Part shown: positions 53,666-63,563 of the stretch, piece after piece
How positions within the stretch are numbered: position 1 is the first letter of the stretch
Layout: every line of letters begins with the position of its first letter
NCBI GenBank assembly: GCA_963422365.1
Contig: OY729426.1
Span: 480,001 to 544,000, forward strand
Origin: Nitrospirales bacterium
GTDB taxonomy: Bacteria > Nitrospirota > Nitrospiria > Nitrospirales > UBA8639
Direction of reading: 5' to 3'
DNA: 64,000 nucleotides
The notes under the pieces: model-generated
Told to the model about the DNA's origin: nothing
The model's database searches: none
What the model saw: the letters and a program-made list of their open reading frames with translations, nothing else
Made by a program: the position numbers and the translations under genes

Positions 53666-54464
53666 CCGTCTCTTTTGTGAATCCCCTACACCGGAGTTCA
53701 GGGAAACAGGGCGTGCGCGTCTGCCTTGTATTCGAACAATCGCTTCACCGCAACCGTGGCAAGACCCTCATCTTCATGAGAGTGGAATCTTCGCTTGAGT
53801 CCACCTTCATGCTTTGCAGGATTCGCCAGAGAGTCGTTGTACCAAGCAATGGAGTTGGCTTCGGAAGGATCGGCATCACGCCAGTGAAAGCCGATGGGCC
53901 GTGGCGTCCTGCGCCGACATTGCTGCCCCTCGACTTTGCTGCTATACCCGATTGTACAGCCTCAAAAACAATTTCTTCGGTTGAAGAGGTCTTCATCAAT
54001 TTCCGGTGATCATTAACAACCCTTTGACATGTAAGGATTTTGTCGTCACAGTCTGTCGTCACAGTCTCGTGGAAATGAGATGACATGACGGTTTCCGCGC
54101 ACAGGGTGAGTTTATCATAAAAAGTGAGAGAAGAACCAAAAACCCATGACCCCCTCCATCAAACAGGCTTTCGAGAAACTGATGAGACACGGTGCCGCCG
54201 ACCAGCCTCCGGCCGAACAGCCGAAAAAGAAACCATCAGCAAAAGCAACTCGTCGAACGTCTCGACAATGACTGTCAACTCTTCTACGGAAAACCCCTTC
54301 CAAAGGAGGAAAGGCGGGAATAGTCAACGCCTGTCCCTGACCCGTTCGAGGATCGAATCGGGGAAATGAGTGAACCCATACAATGCTGAGCCACGCGAAG
54401 CATCTTTCCCTCAATAGGTAGCAACACCAGATTCACCAGACACGGTCCGTACAGTACAAGAAAA

Positions 54465-54653
54465 ATGGAACAACGCATCATCGGCTTCCACCAAGACGAA
54501 CGCGGTGATTGGGTCGCTGATCTTGACTGCGGCCACGGGCAACATGTCCGCCACACTCCACCCTGGAGCGAAAGACCATGGGTTGTGACTCAACACGGGA
54601 GAGAACAGAAGTTAGGCGAAACGCTTTTCTGCAAGAAATGCGATGAGGAATGA
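54465..54653 (+). CDS. DUF3565 small protein
   Basis: IIGFHQDE.GDWVADLDCGHGQHVRH.PP...RPWV...CKKC. Confidence 0.85.
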   Translation: MEQRIIGFHQDERGDWVADLDCGHGQHVRHTPPWSERPWVVTQHGREQKLGETLFCKKCDEE

Positions 54654-54660
54654 CCGTGAA

Positions 54661-55071
54661 TCAGTTGTGACTCGCCTCGGGTGGCCCATCAACCGGTGGA
54701 GGATTCGCCGGGTCCCAATACTGTAAGCGATCAATCAGAGGCTGAGCATCCGGGCTGGTGGATTGGGTGGGCTCACTGGGGCCATGATCCCAGGTCATTT
54801 GAGCGTAGCCCTGCGCATTCAGTGTGCTGCGGATGACTTCGACGAGCGCATCGAGGGCAACCTCATCCCCCTCTCGGAGATCCAGCACGCGTTGTTTTTT
54901 CTCCGTTGGCGGGGGCGCGTCGTGCAGCAACGCCCAGCAGCGATCAAAGACCACCCGGCGCACGTCTTCCGGCACATTCAAGGTCGGGATTTCTGCCGTG
55001 CACAAGGCCGACACCATGAGCACGAATTGCAAATCGGGAAGCTCGGAATGATTGATATCGAGGATTTGCAT
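54661..55071 (-). CDS. Hypothetical protein
   Basis: Open 136-aa frame from MQILDI with normal composition. Confidence 0.6.
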   Translation of the reverse strand: MQILDINHSELPDLQFVLMVSALCTAEIPTLNVPEDVRRVVFDRCWALLHDAPPPTEKKQRVLDLREGDEVALDALVEVIRSTLNAQGYAQMTWDHGPSEPTQSTSPDAQPLIDRLQYWDPANPPPVDGPPEASHN

Positions 55072-55204
55072 GAGCAGCGGGTATCTTAAGATTGTCGAGG
55101 ATCGCATGGCAAGGCATGACTTCTCAAAGACTTCGCACGTCTCGACGTCAGTCACTTATCCCTATGCCAAGACATAGACGGATTTGCTGAAGCGTATCAA
55201 ACGG

Positions 55205-55315
55205 AGGGTGTGATGGAATCTTTTCGATGCCACGGGGCTGGAGACACCGGACATTTCGATTCTCTCCGACGAGTTTCTCGCCGAGATGCGCGGCATGCCC
55301 CAGCGCAATCCGGCA
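55205..55315 (+). pseudogene. hsdR: Short remnant of type I restriction subunit HsdR (C-terminal region)
   Basis: [29 protein letters not shown] resembles the recalled HsdR motif '[15 protein letters not shown]'. Confidence 0.6.
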
Positions 55316-55373
55316 ACGGACACACGTACGCGAACCGTGGTGCACATCTCGCAACACCAAACCCTTGGTTCGA

Positions 55374-56585
55374 TCAAGATTCTTCGATCAGCTGGTACTT
55401 TCGGATCCGGTAGGCGATTTGACGTGGAGTCATGCCCAACAGCCTGGCCGCCTTCGCCTTGACCCATCCGGCTTTCTTGAGAGCTTCTCGAAGACGATCC
55501 CGTTCGATCGCATTCAACCGTGCAGAGAGCGTGTGTTGGGATGCAGGACTGCTCGACTTGGTGGTGGACTGAGATTGCACCGTTTGCATGTCATCAAAAT
55601 AGGGCGCGAGTGATTCAGGAATGGACTGTACCTCGATCAGCGACGTCTCTGCCAAGACGACCAACCGTTCAATGCAATTTTGCAATTCGCGAATGTTTCC
55701 AGGCCAATGGTAGACGCTCATCACATGAACGAGGTCTTTCCCTAATTGGACGCGCCGGTTATTGTCGCGAGTGAATTTGTCGAGAAAATGCGTCATGAGC
55801 AAATGCACGTCGTCCCCTCGGGCACGTAAGGGGGGAAGCGTGAATGGCACAACGTTCAGCCGATAATACAAATCTTCTCGAAACTCACCTGTATGGATCA
55901 TGGCTTCGAGGTGACGATGCGTCGCGGCAATCACCCGAACATCGACCGAGAGTGTCTCCCCACCTCCGACTCGCTCAAATTCTTTGTCTTGAAGCACGCG
56001 AAGGAGCTTGACCTGGGTTGAGAGGGGAATATCTCCGACCTCATCAAGAAACAACGTTCCGCCGGCTGCCTGTTCCAGTCGTCCTTTTCTCGCCTGACTC
56101 GCTCCCGTGAAGGCTCCCCGTTCATGCCCGAACAGGGTGGTTTCAATGAGGGTCTCCGGAACCGCCGCGCAATGCACCACCACAAATGGTTGTTCGGCAC
56201 GCACACTCGAGTGGTGAATTGATTGCGCCACTAACTCTTTTCCCGTTCCACTTTCGCCGCGGAGCAACACCGTTGCCGAGGTGTTCGAGACCCGCTGAAT
56301 GGCAGCCTGCACCGCCTGCATCGCCGTGCTCTTTCCAATAAGAACCGGCGACTGTTTCTTTTTCCTCTGGAAACTTGAAGATTTCGGTGAATCACCTGAT
56401 GGCTTGAGGCATGGGGATGACTCGGAATTCTCAGAAGAACGGTCTGGAGCCTTTCCTGTTTCAGCTTCTTGACTCAGCAAGGCTAGGGCTTGGCGAATCC
56501 GTGTTTCAGGAGAATCCTTTCCCTCTAAAATCGTACCCAGTCGGGTGATGAGATTGTCATCGTCCTTTGAAAGGTCGTGTTGCAT
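55374..56585 (-). CDS. NifA-like sigma-54 activator without a recognisable sensory domain
   Basis: [48 protein letters not shown]; start uncertain. Confidence 0.88.
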   Translation of the reverse strand: MQHDLSKDDDNLITRLGTILEGKDSPETRIRQALALLSQEAETGKAPDRSSENSESSPCLKPSGDSPKSSSFQRKKKQSPVLIGKSTAMQAVQAAIQRVSNTSATVLLRGESGTGKELVAQSIHHSSVRAEQPFVVVHCAAVPETLIETTLFGHERGAFTGASQARKGRLEQAAGGTLFLDEVGDIPLSTQVKLLRVLQDKEFERVGGGETLSVDVRVIAATHRHLEAMIHTGEFREDLYYRLNVVPFTLPPLRARGDDVHLLMTHFLDKFTRDNNRRVQLGKDLVHVMSVYHWPGNIRELQNCIERLVVLAETSLIEVQSIPESLAPYFDDMQTVQSQSTTKSSSPASQHTLSARLNAIERDRLREALKKAGWVKAKAARLLGMTPRQIAYRIRKYQLIEES

Positions 56586-57074
56586 TGCGCCGCCCACGTC
56601 TTCAGAAAACAAAAGGCACCGGGATAGCCACATGCAAAAACGTTTCTCGTTTTCACAGGGTCGCCCCGGCGCCTTTGCCTCGGTACGCTTATCGACTGAC
56701 TGAACAAGAAATCGACTGATTTCTCTTACTGACGTGATGCTCGACGAATGTACAGCACCCGTGCCTCTAATAATAAAAAAACGCCCTTTCCCAACCTTCG
56801 TTGGGGAAGGACGTTCATTGTCCTCACAGCTTGTCTCTTGCAGCAAAATGACGACTTTGTCATTCTCAGATTGAAGTTAACCGCACTTTCCTCTGTTTGT
56901 CAATGGTAGTTGTTAAGACACGGTCTCAACCCACATCATGTAAAGTGTTGGAAGAAACGACGAGAGGTTGGCCGTCAGGACTCATCTCGAGCAAACGGAG
57001 GACCATCGAGTCCATCCAGCCACAGCCCACGGGCAAGATGGTCTCATGAAGATTTTTCCAGCAGGGGTCAGGAA

Positions 57075-59189
57075 ATGCAGAAGGTCTTCTCCAGATTAAT
57101 GAGAACGTTTCCCTTAACCATCGGGCACCGCCTGCTTGCCATCATTGTCGTATTGATTGGGTCGCTCGGCACTATCATGGCCATGATCCTCACCACGGGT
57201 TACAACGTCGAACCGGACGCCGTGGTGGATATCGCCGGCCGCCAACGCATGATGGTTCAACGGTATTTCAACGAAACCATCTTGGCTTCCCGTGGCATTG
57301 ACAAAGATCGTTACGCCACGCAGCAGGTGTTGTTGCACTCCGTCGATGCCTTACAAAACGGGGGAGCAGTCATCGTCAATCTGGATACTGAGGAACGCCG
57401 CTCGATTCCCCCGGCGCCGACCGCCCAGGTCCGTGACCTCTTGACGCAACAGCGTGCCTTGCTGGAACGATTCTTTTCCACCACCCAAACCCTGCTGCTC
57501 GAATCCGCGGATCGTGCTCCGTCGTCTGAAGCCTTTTCCGTCCTCAATGAACGGCAAGACGAGCTTCTCCGGAACACCGACGAGGTCGTGAAATTGCTGA
57601 GCACCCATTCTCCTCAAAACACGCAGTGGTGGTTACGAAGCGAGCCGATCATCGGACTCCTGGTAATCGTCTTCAGCGTGGTGCTGGCCCGCCAAGTGGT
57701 GGCCACGAGCAGCAGGCTCGAACAAGAAATCGAACAGCGCAAAAAAGCCGAGGATGAACGCAACCGCTTCTTTGCGCTCTCTCCGGACTTGTTCTGCATC
57801 GCGCAACGGGATGGCAGCGTCAACACGTGCAATCCGGCCTGGGAACGCGAACTGGGCTATTCCACGGCAGAACTTCACAACCACTCCCTCACGGAATTCG
57901 TGCATGCGGAGGATCGCCCCGCCATGATTCAAGAGTTGGCCGTCTTGAAGCAGGGCACCCTTTCGGCTCAATTTGAAAATCGATTCGTGGGAAAAGACGG
58001 CTCGGTGAAATGGCTGCTGTGGAACATCGCCGTCAGCCAAGGGGAGCCCCTGTTGTATGCCACGGCACGTAATATCAATGAACGCAAGTTATACGAGGAG
58101 GAACTCGCCTTGCGCGATCGTTCCATCAATTCGGCGACCAGCGGTATTCTGATCGCGGATGCCCGCCGACCCGATATGCCCACGGTGTATTGCAACGCCG
58201 CCTTTGAAAAAATCACGGGCTATGCCACGGAAGAAGTGTTGGGCCGGAATTGCCGCTTCCTGCAGGGACGCGATCATGATCAACCCGGCCTAGACGCCAT
58301 CCGTCAAGCGATCCGGGACGGCACGGAGGGCAAAGCCGAGTTGCGCAATTACCGGAAGGACGGCAGGTTGTTTTGGAATGAGTTCTACATCGCCCCGGTC
58401 CGCGATCCGCAGGGAACGCTCACGCATTTCATCGGGGTGCAAACGGACGTCACCCAACGCAAGCAGCAGGAAGCCGAATTGGCCCAGAAGACGGAAGCCC
58501 TGGCTCAATCCAACGCCGAGCTTCAACAATTTGCCTACGTGGCCTCCCACGACCTCCAGGAACCGCTCCGCATGGTGGCGAGCTATACCCAGTTGCTCGG
58601 AAAACGCTATAAAGGCAAACTGGACGACGATGCGGATGACTTCATCGGGTACGCCGTGGATGGAGCTGAACGGATGCAGTGGCTCATTCGTGATCTGCTG
58701 GAATATTCACGAGTGGGCTCGGAGAACAAATCCTTCGAATCCACCGAATGTGAACGGATCTTGCAGCAGGTCATGAAGAATCTGTCGGCGGCGATCCGAG
58801 AGCATCAGGCCGAGATCACCCATGATCCACTGCCCGTCATCCAGGCCAACCCGACGCTGCTCACCCAAGTCTTCCAAAACGTGATCGCGAACGCGCTAAA
58901 GTTCCAAGGAGAATCCCCTGCAACCATTCACGTGGGTGCCAGGCCCCTGTTCGACGGATGGGAATTCTTCGTTCAGGATAACGGGATCGGCATCCCGCAG
59001 GATCAACTGGATCGCGTCTTTGCCATCTTTCAACGATTACACCTCCGGAGCGACTACCCAGGAACGGGAATCGGATTGGCCATCTGCAAGCGAATTGTGG
59101 AAAAACACGACGGAAAAATTTGGGTGGAATCCGAACCGGGGAAGGGATCCACCTTCTATTTCACCATTAAGACCTCACGGACCGCATGA
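57075..59189 (+). CDS. Membrane histidine kinase: NarX/PilJ-like sensor, PAS, LOV, HisKA, HATPase
   Basis: TM1, DIAGRQRM (57228-57251), TM2, PAS, LOV GRNCRFLQ (58242-58265) with NYRKDG..FWN and GVQ, ASHDLQEPLR, GTGIGLAIC. Confidence 0.92.
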   Translation: MQKVFSRLMRTFPLTIGHRLLAIIVVLIGSLGTIMAMILTTGYNVEPDAVVDIAGRQRMMVQRYFNETILASRGIDKDRYATQQVLLHSVDALQNGGAVIVNLDTEERRSIPPAPTAQVRDLLTQQRALLERFFSTTQTLLLESADRAPSSEAFSVLNERQDELLRNTDEVVKLLSTHSPQNTQWWLRSEPIIGLLVIVFSVVLARQVVATSSRLEQEIEQRKKAEDERNRFFALSPDLFCIAQRDGSVNTCNPAWERELGYSTAELHNHSLTEFVHAEDRPAMIQELAVLKQGTLSAQFENRFVGKDGSVKWLLWNIAVSQGEPLLYATARNINERKLYEEELALRDRSINSATSGILIADARRPDMPTVYCNAAFEKITGYATEEVLGRNCRFLQGRDHDQPGLDAIRQAIRDGTEGKAELRNYRKDGRLFWNEFYIAPVRDPQGTLTHFIGVQTDVTQRKQQEAELAQKTEALAQSNAELQQFAYVASHDLQEPLRMVASYTQLLGKRYKGKLDDDADDFIGYAVDGAERMQWLIRDLLEYSRVGSENKSFESTECERILQQVMKNLSAAIREHQAEITHDPLPVIQANPTLLTQVFQNVIANALKFQGESPATIHVGARPLFDGWEFFVQDNGIGIPQDQLDRVFAIFQRLHLRSDYPGTGIGLAICKRIVEKHDGKIWVESEPGKGSTFYFTIKTSRTA

Positions 59190-60967
59190 ACACAACCACC
59201 ATTCTCTTGCTTGAAGACAACCCGGGGGACGCTCGCCTGATTCGGGCACTCTTTCGAGACATCTCAGGTCGCTCCGTCACCATTCTCAACGCCGAGTCGT
59301 TAAAACAAGCACGCGAGCGCCTGTTCGAAACTCCGGTGGATGTGGCCCTGGTGGACCTCTCGTTACCCGATAGCCAGGGGTTGGCCACTTTTCGAAAACT
59401 AGCCGAGAGTCACCCCTGGCTGCCGCAAGTCTTGCTCACGGGCCTCAACGACCAGGAGATTGCCATCCACGCGGTTCGTGAAGGCGCGCAGGACTACTTC
59501 GTCAAGGGAGAAGTCGACGTCCAGATCCTCATGCGAGCCATCGAATACGGCATCGAAAGAAAACGCATCCAGGCAGAATTAGAAGCCGTAAACGCCCAAG
59601 TCCAACAAAGCGCCGACGATCTCCATTCGATTTTGAATCAACTGCACATCGGGACGATTCTGACCAATTCCCAAGGGCGCATTCTCCACATGAGCGTGTC
59701 CGCCCTCCGATTATTGGGCAAAAGCGAGCAGAACCTGGACTGTCAAACGTGGCGGGACGCCATGGGGCTACCGGACCACGATGTCCAAGCCCTGGAACAA
59801 CTCATGGACCAAGCCCCGGAGGAACGGAAAAAGGTCCTCATCCAGTGTGCCACACCGGAACAGGCCCAACGGTGGTTGGAAATCGATGTTCAAGACGACC
59901 CGCGCGACATCCGAGCCAAGATGTTCTTTCTTTACGATGTCACCGAGGTTCATACCCTCAGGAAACAACTGGATGAACAATCCCAATTTTACGATTTTAT
60001 TGGAAAGTGCCAGCCCATGCAGAACGTGTACCGGCAGATCCAAAACCTCGCGCCGGTGGACTCAACGGTCTTAATCGAAGGGGAAACCGGCACGGGCAAA
60101 GAACTCGTGGCCCGTGCCCTGCACGCGGCCAGCCCCAGAAAGGAGAAGACCTTTCTCGCGGTGCATTGTGCCGGACTGACCGAATCCCTACTGGGAAGCC
60201 AATTATTCGGACACAAAAAAGGTGCGTTTACCGGGGCCAGCACCGATCACCGGGGATTTTTTGAATCCGCCCACGGGGGGACCATCTTGCTGGATGAAAT
60301 CGGCGACATGCCGCATAGCGTGCAGACGAGTTTGCTCAGAGTGTTGCAAGAGAAAGAAATTACCCGCCTAGGCGAATCCCAACCGAGAAAGGTGGACGTT
60401 CGCATTATCTGCGCCACCCATCGCAACTTACATGAGCAGGTCTCCCAACAGACCTTTCGAGCCGACCTGCTGTATCGCATTCGGGTTGGCCGCATCCGCT
60501 TGCCGGCGCTTCGGGAACGCAAAGAAGATATTCCGGCATTGGTAGCGACCTTTCTCAGTCAATGCCGTCAAGCAGTGGGCAAACGGTTCGTGCAAGACAT
60601 CAGCCCGGAAGGGTTGCACCTGCTTTCCCAATACCCCTGGCCCGGGAACGTGCGGGAACTGAAAAATGTCATCGAATACGTTGTGCTGCAATGCGAGGGA
60701 TCCACCATCCACCCGCATCATTTTCCAACCGAGTTGCTGGAACAACCTCGCGAGACCGTCCAGCAGGAACAGCCTGTAGCACACATTCCCCGGGACAAAG
60801 ACAGGAACCAGATCCTCGCCGCCCTGCAACGCACCAAGGGCCATCGAACACAAGCGGCCAGTCTACTCGGAATTAGCCGAGCGACTCTCTACCGGTGGTT
60901 GGACGATTTGGGCATCACCCCCGAGGATCTCACGCAACGGCCCCACGCGAGTTCCGATTCGCCCTGA
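59186..60967 (+). CDS. Sigma-54-dependent response regulator (REC-PAS-AAA+-HTH)
   Basis: LLEDNPGD, DLSLPD; GETGTGKE, GAFTGA, WPGNVRELKN, LGISRATLYR; ATGA overlap with kinase. Confidence 0.93.
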   Translation: MNTTTILLLEDNPGDARLIRALFRDISGRSVTILNAESLKQARERLFETPVDVALVDLSLPDSQGLATFRKLAESHPWLPQVLLTGLNDQEIAIHAVREGAQDYFVKGEVDVQILMRAIEYGIERKRIQAELEAVNAQVQQSADDLHSILNQLHIGTILTNSQGRILHMSVSALRLLGKSEQNLDCQTWRDAMGLPDHDVQALEQLMDQAPEERKKVLIQCATPEQAQRWLEIDVQDDPRDIRAKMFFLYDVTEVHTLRKQLDEQSQFYDFIGKCQPMQNVYRQIQNLAPVDSTVLIEGETGTGKELVARALHAASPRKEKTFLAVHCAGLTESLLGSQLFGHKKGAFTGASTDHRGFFESAHGGTILLDEIGDMPHSVQTSLLRVLQEKEITRLGESQPRKVDVRIICATHRNLHEQVSQQTFRADLLYRIRVGRIRLPALRERKEDIPALVATFLSQCRQAVGKRFVQDISPEGLHLLSQYPWPGNVRELKNVIEYVVLQCEGSTIHPHHFPTELLEQPRETVQQEQPVAHIPRDKDRNQILAALQRTKGHRTQAASLLGISRATLYRWLDDLGITPEDLTQRPHASSDSP

Positions 60968-61033
60968 AAGCACGGCGATGAAACGTCCGAACTCGCCGTT
61001 CGCTCCCCCTTGCCAACAGTATGTCTTTCAGGC

Positions 61034-61172
61034 GTGAGACATAAATGAGACATTTTATTGTCTTTCGGAAACCATTGCGGCTGCATTCGCTATTTGTAAG
61101 CACTTGATTTGAAAAGCCTTTCAATAATTCAGCCGGCATGGCGCATGGCTGGCATAATGGCACACTCTTTGA
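61034..61172 (+). promoter_or_regulatory. Sigma-54 promoter with upstream activator site
   Basis: TGGCAC-ACTCT-TTGA at 61158-61172; ATGAGACA-N6-TGTCTttc at 61045-61066. Confidence 0.6.
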
Positions 61173-61212
61173 ATATTTTTAAAAGACAACAAGCTGGCGA
61201 GGAGAGCCCACA

Positions 61213-61680
61213 ATGGATTCAGGCACGACAAAGCCTACTGTGATTTTGGTGATTGAAGATAATCCGGTCGACGTGCGGCTCATCAAAGAAGCTTTAAAAG
61301 AATCCTCGCTGCAGGCCACATTGTCCTTTGTACATGATGGATTGGCTGCCACTCGTTTTCTTCATGAAGCCAAACACGCACCTGGTGAAAACCTCCCCCA
61401 GCTGATCGTGCTCGATCTGAATCTTCCGAAAAAAAGCGGGTTTGAACTACTTAAAGAGATCAAATGGGATGAGATTTTGAAGCGAATTCCTCTGATTGTA
61501 CTGAGTTCTTCGTATAACCCCGCGGATATTGCCAGAGCCTATGATCTCCATGCGAACTGCTATCTCACTAAACCCGTCAACTTTGAATCCTTCCGCAACA
61601 TTGTAAAAGGCGTGGAATACTTTTGGCTGCGAGTCGCCAAGCTTCCCTGTGCCGCAAACGCTGAATCCCCTTCGCCGTAA
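61213..61680 (+). CDS. Single-domain response regulator (Rcp1-like)
   Basis: IEDNPVD, LDLNLPKKSG, AYDLHANCYLTKP; GAGGAG RBS. Confidence 0.9.
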   Translation: MDSGTTKPTVILVIEDNPVDVRLIKEALKESSLQATLSFVHDGLAATRFLHEAKHAPGENLPQLIVLDLNLPKKSGFELLKEIKWDEILKRIPLIVLSSSYNPADIARAYDLHANCYLTKPVNFESFRNIVKGVEYFWLRVAKLPCAANAESPSP

Positions 61681-61706
61681 CCTAGGCCGAAAAATACTCT
61701 CGAAAC

Positions 61707-61829
61707 TGTCTCATTCGATTTTTATGAGACAAAAATATGTCTCATCTGCAATGGATCATCCAGGTATCTTAACAAAATAATTCATAACACATTGAAATAA
61801 AAAGTAATGCATTTTGGCACACAAGTTGA
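61707..61829 (+). promoter_or_regulatory. Sigma-54 promoter with perfect palindromic upstream site
   Basis: ATGAGACA-AAAATA-TGTCTCAT at 61724-61745; TGGCAC-ACAAG-TTGA at 61815-61829; AT-rich spacer. Confidence 0.65.
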
Positions 61830-61886
61830 AAGGGAAAGGGTGCAGGATCGGAAACCGATAACATTCTTTAAGTAGACGAAACCATC

Positions 61887-62204
61887 ATGGCCGGTTCACA
61901 AACATCTGGTCAAACAAGTGCCGAGAGCCAAGTATCCAGTCAGAGATGTTTCCGATGTGGGGGGCTGTTAGTGCGGGAAAGTCTCTTCGATCTTTTCGAT
62001 CATGCAGGGCAAATGTGGTATTGGGCCTTACGGTGCGTCCAATGCGGCAATGTCGTGGACTCTCTCATCCTCAAGCATCGGACAAGCGCCGACCGTCAGG
62101 ACCCCCAACCCGCCGCACCAACGCCGCTGGTCATGGGTCCAGACGGTCAAGAGTCAATGATGACCATCCACTCACATCTTCTAAAAGGAGGAGACGAATC
62201 ATGA
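61887..62204 (+). CDS. Small zinc-ribbon protein
   Basis: CFRCGG...RCVQCGNVVD; ATGA overlap with next gene. Confidence 0.7.
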   Translation: MAGSQTSGQTSAESQVSSQRCFRCGGLLVRESLFDLFDHAGQMWYWALRCVQCGNVVDSLILKHRTSADRQDPQPAAPTPLVMGPDGQESMMTIHSHLLKGGDES

Positions 62205-63145
62205 AGAAACTTCTACCAGCCACCCCGACGGTCGTTCTGTCCGGGATATTGATCCTGATCCCCTGGACCGCAGCCCTGGGCGCAGACTCTGCGGACATGA
62301 TCATGATCCCGCAAGGGGAATTTACCATGGGCGGCAAAGACCACCGTGATGAAACCCCTCACCAAGTCGTGCTCGATGCCTACTATATTGATACGTACGA
62401 GGTCTCGAACGCCAAATATCGAGAATTCATGAAGGCTACCCAGCACTCTGCACCAGCCTACTGGGATGACCCGCGCCTCAATAAACCGGCACAGCCCGTG
62501 GTGGGAGTGAGCTGGTATGACGCCAATGCCTATTGTGAATGGGAAGGCAAACGACTGCCCACGGAAGCGGAATGGGAACGCGCGGCCAAGGGTCTCGAGA
62601 ACGCTCATTTTCCCTGGGGGCACAAAATCGAACCCGCCAGAGCGAACTACGGCCAAAATGTAGGAAAAACCATGCCGGTGGACTCCTACCCGAATGGGGT
62701 AAGCAGCTTCGGTGTATACAATATGGCCGGTAACGTCTTTGAATGGGTCAGCGATTGGTATTCACCGACGTATTTCCAGGTCAGTCAGGCGCTCAATCCT
62801 CAAGGGCCTTCTAGCGGCTTTAACTTTGCGAACCAAGGTCCGGTCAAGGTGCTCAAAGGTGGTTCCTGGCTTGCTCCTCAGACCTCCCTGCACACCAGCC
62901 ATCGTTTCTGGAATCAACCGGACAACAATTCCTATGGGGTGGGCCTTGGGTTTCGATGTGCACGGTCGGCTGGGGACAACACCTTGGAACCGATACGATA
63001 CGACTTCATACACGCCCTCATCAGCATGGGCAAAGAACAATGGGAGGATGCCTTGCATGCCATTGACAAGGCCATCAAAAACAATCCGGACAACATGGAA
63101 TACCGGCAAACCCGAGAAATCATCGTAAAACAACTGCAAGGGTAA
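62201..63145 (+). CDS. Exported FGE-sulfatase/SUMF1-fold protein with C-terminal TPR-like helices
   Basis: Signal peptide, RLPTEAEWERAA, NMAGNVFEW, GFRCA; AAGGAGG RBS; start trimmed to MKKLL. Confidence 0.88.
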   Translation: MKKLLPATPTVVLSGILILIPWTAALGADSADMIMIPQGEFTMGGKDHRDETPHQVVLDAYYIDTYEVSNAKYREFMKATQHSAPAYWDDPRLNKPAQPVVGVSWYDANAYCEWEGKRLPTEAEWERAAKGLENAHFPWGHKIEPARANYGQNVGKTMPVDSYPNGVSSFGVYNMAGNVFEWVSDWYSPTYFQVSQALNPQGPSSGFNFANQGPVKVLKGGSWLAPQTSLHTSHRFWNQPDNNSYGVGLGFRCARSAGDNTLEPIRYDFIHALISMGKEQWEDALHAIDKAIKNNPDNMEYRQTREIIVKQLQG

Positions 63146-63191
63146 GAGGTGCGAGATCTTTGGTGGTCATTGGGAAAACCGGAGGTGAATC

Positions 63192-63563
63192 ATGAAGAAA
63201 ATAAATCTTATCACGATGATCTTCATTGCGTGGAGTCTCACCTGGGGAATCGGGCTGGTATGGGCCAGGACTTCAGGAAAACATTTTCAGCCACGGAACC
63301 CTGTCCAAGCATCCCTCTACCTGGCCGGCAAAAGCGTGGATGAGGCCTGGGAGGCCTTTCATCATTCGGCACTCGGAGGGACCCTGGCCTCCCCTTCCAT
63401 CCAGACGAAGATCGAGCAAGCCTTACATGATTCTCGACTGCTGTTAGTCGAGGCTCGAGTAGCGGCAAACGCCGATGACGACAGTGCGGTCTTGGAACTC
63501 ACGGAACGGATTGGGAGAATCGCTCGCCAAATCAAAAAAGACAGCCAACGGCGAAAACCATGA
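63192..63563 (+). CDS. Exported helical protein of unknown function
   Basis: GGAGG RBS, signal peptide, ATGA overlap with next gene. Confidence 0.7.
   Translation: MKKINLITMIFIAWSLTWGIGLVWARTSGKHFQPRNPVQASLYLAGKSVDEAWEAFHHSALGGTLASPSIQTKIEQALHDSRLLLVEARVAANADDDSAVLELTERIGRIARQIKKDSQRRKP

Noticed and set aside
55374..56585. NifA-like gene as evidence of nitrogen fixation
   Set aside because: No nif structural genes; NifA-like activators occur in non-diazotrophs
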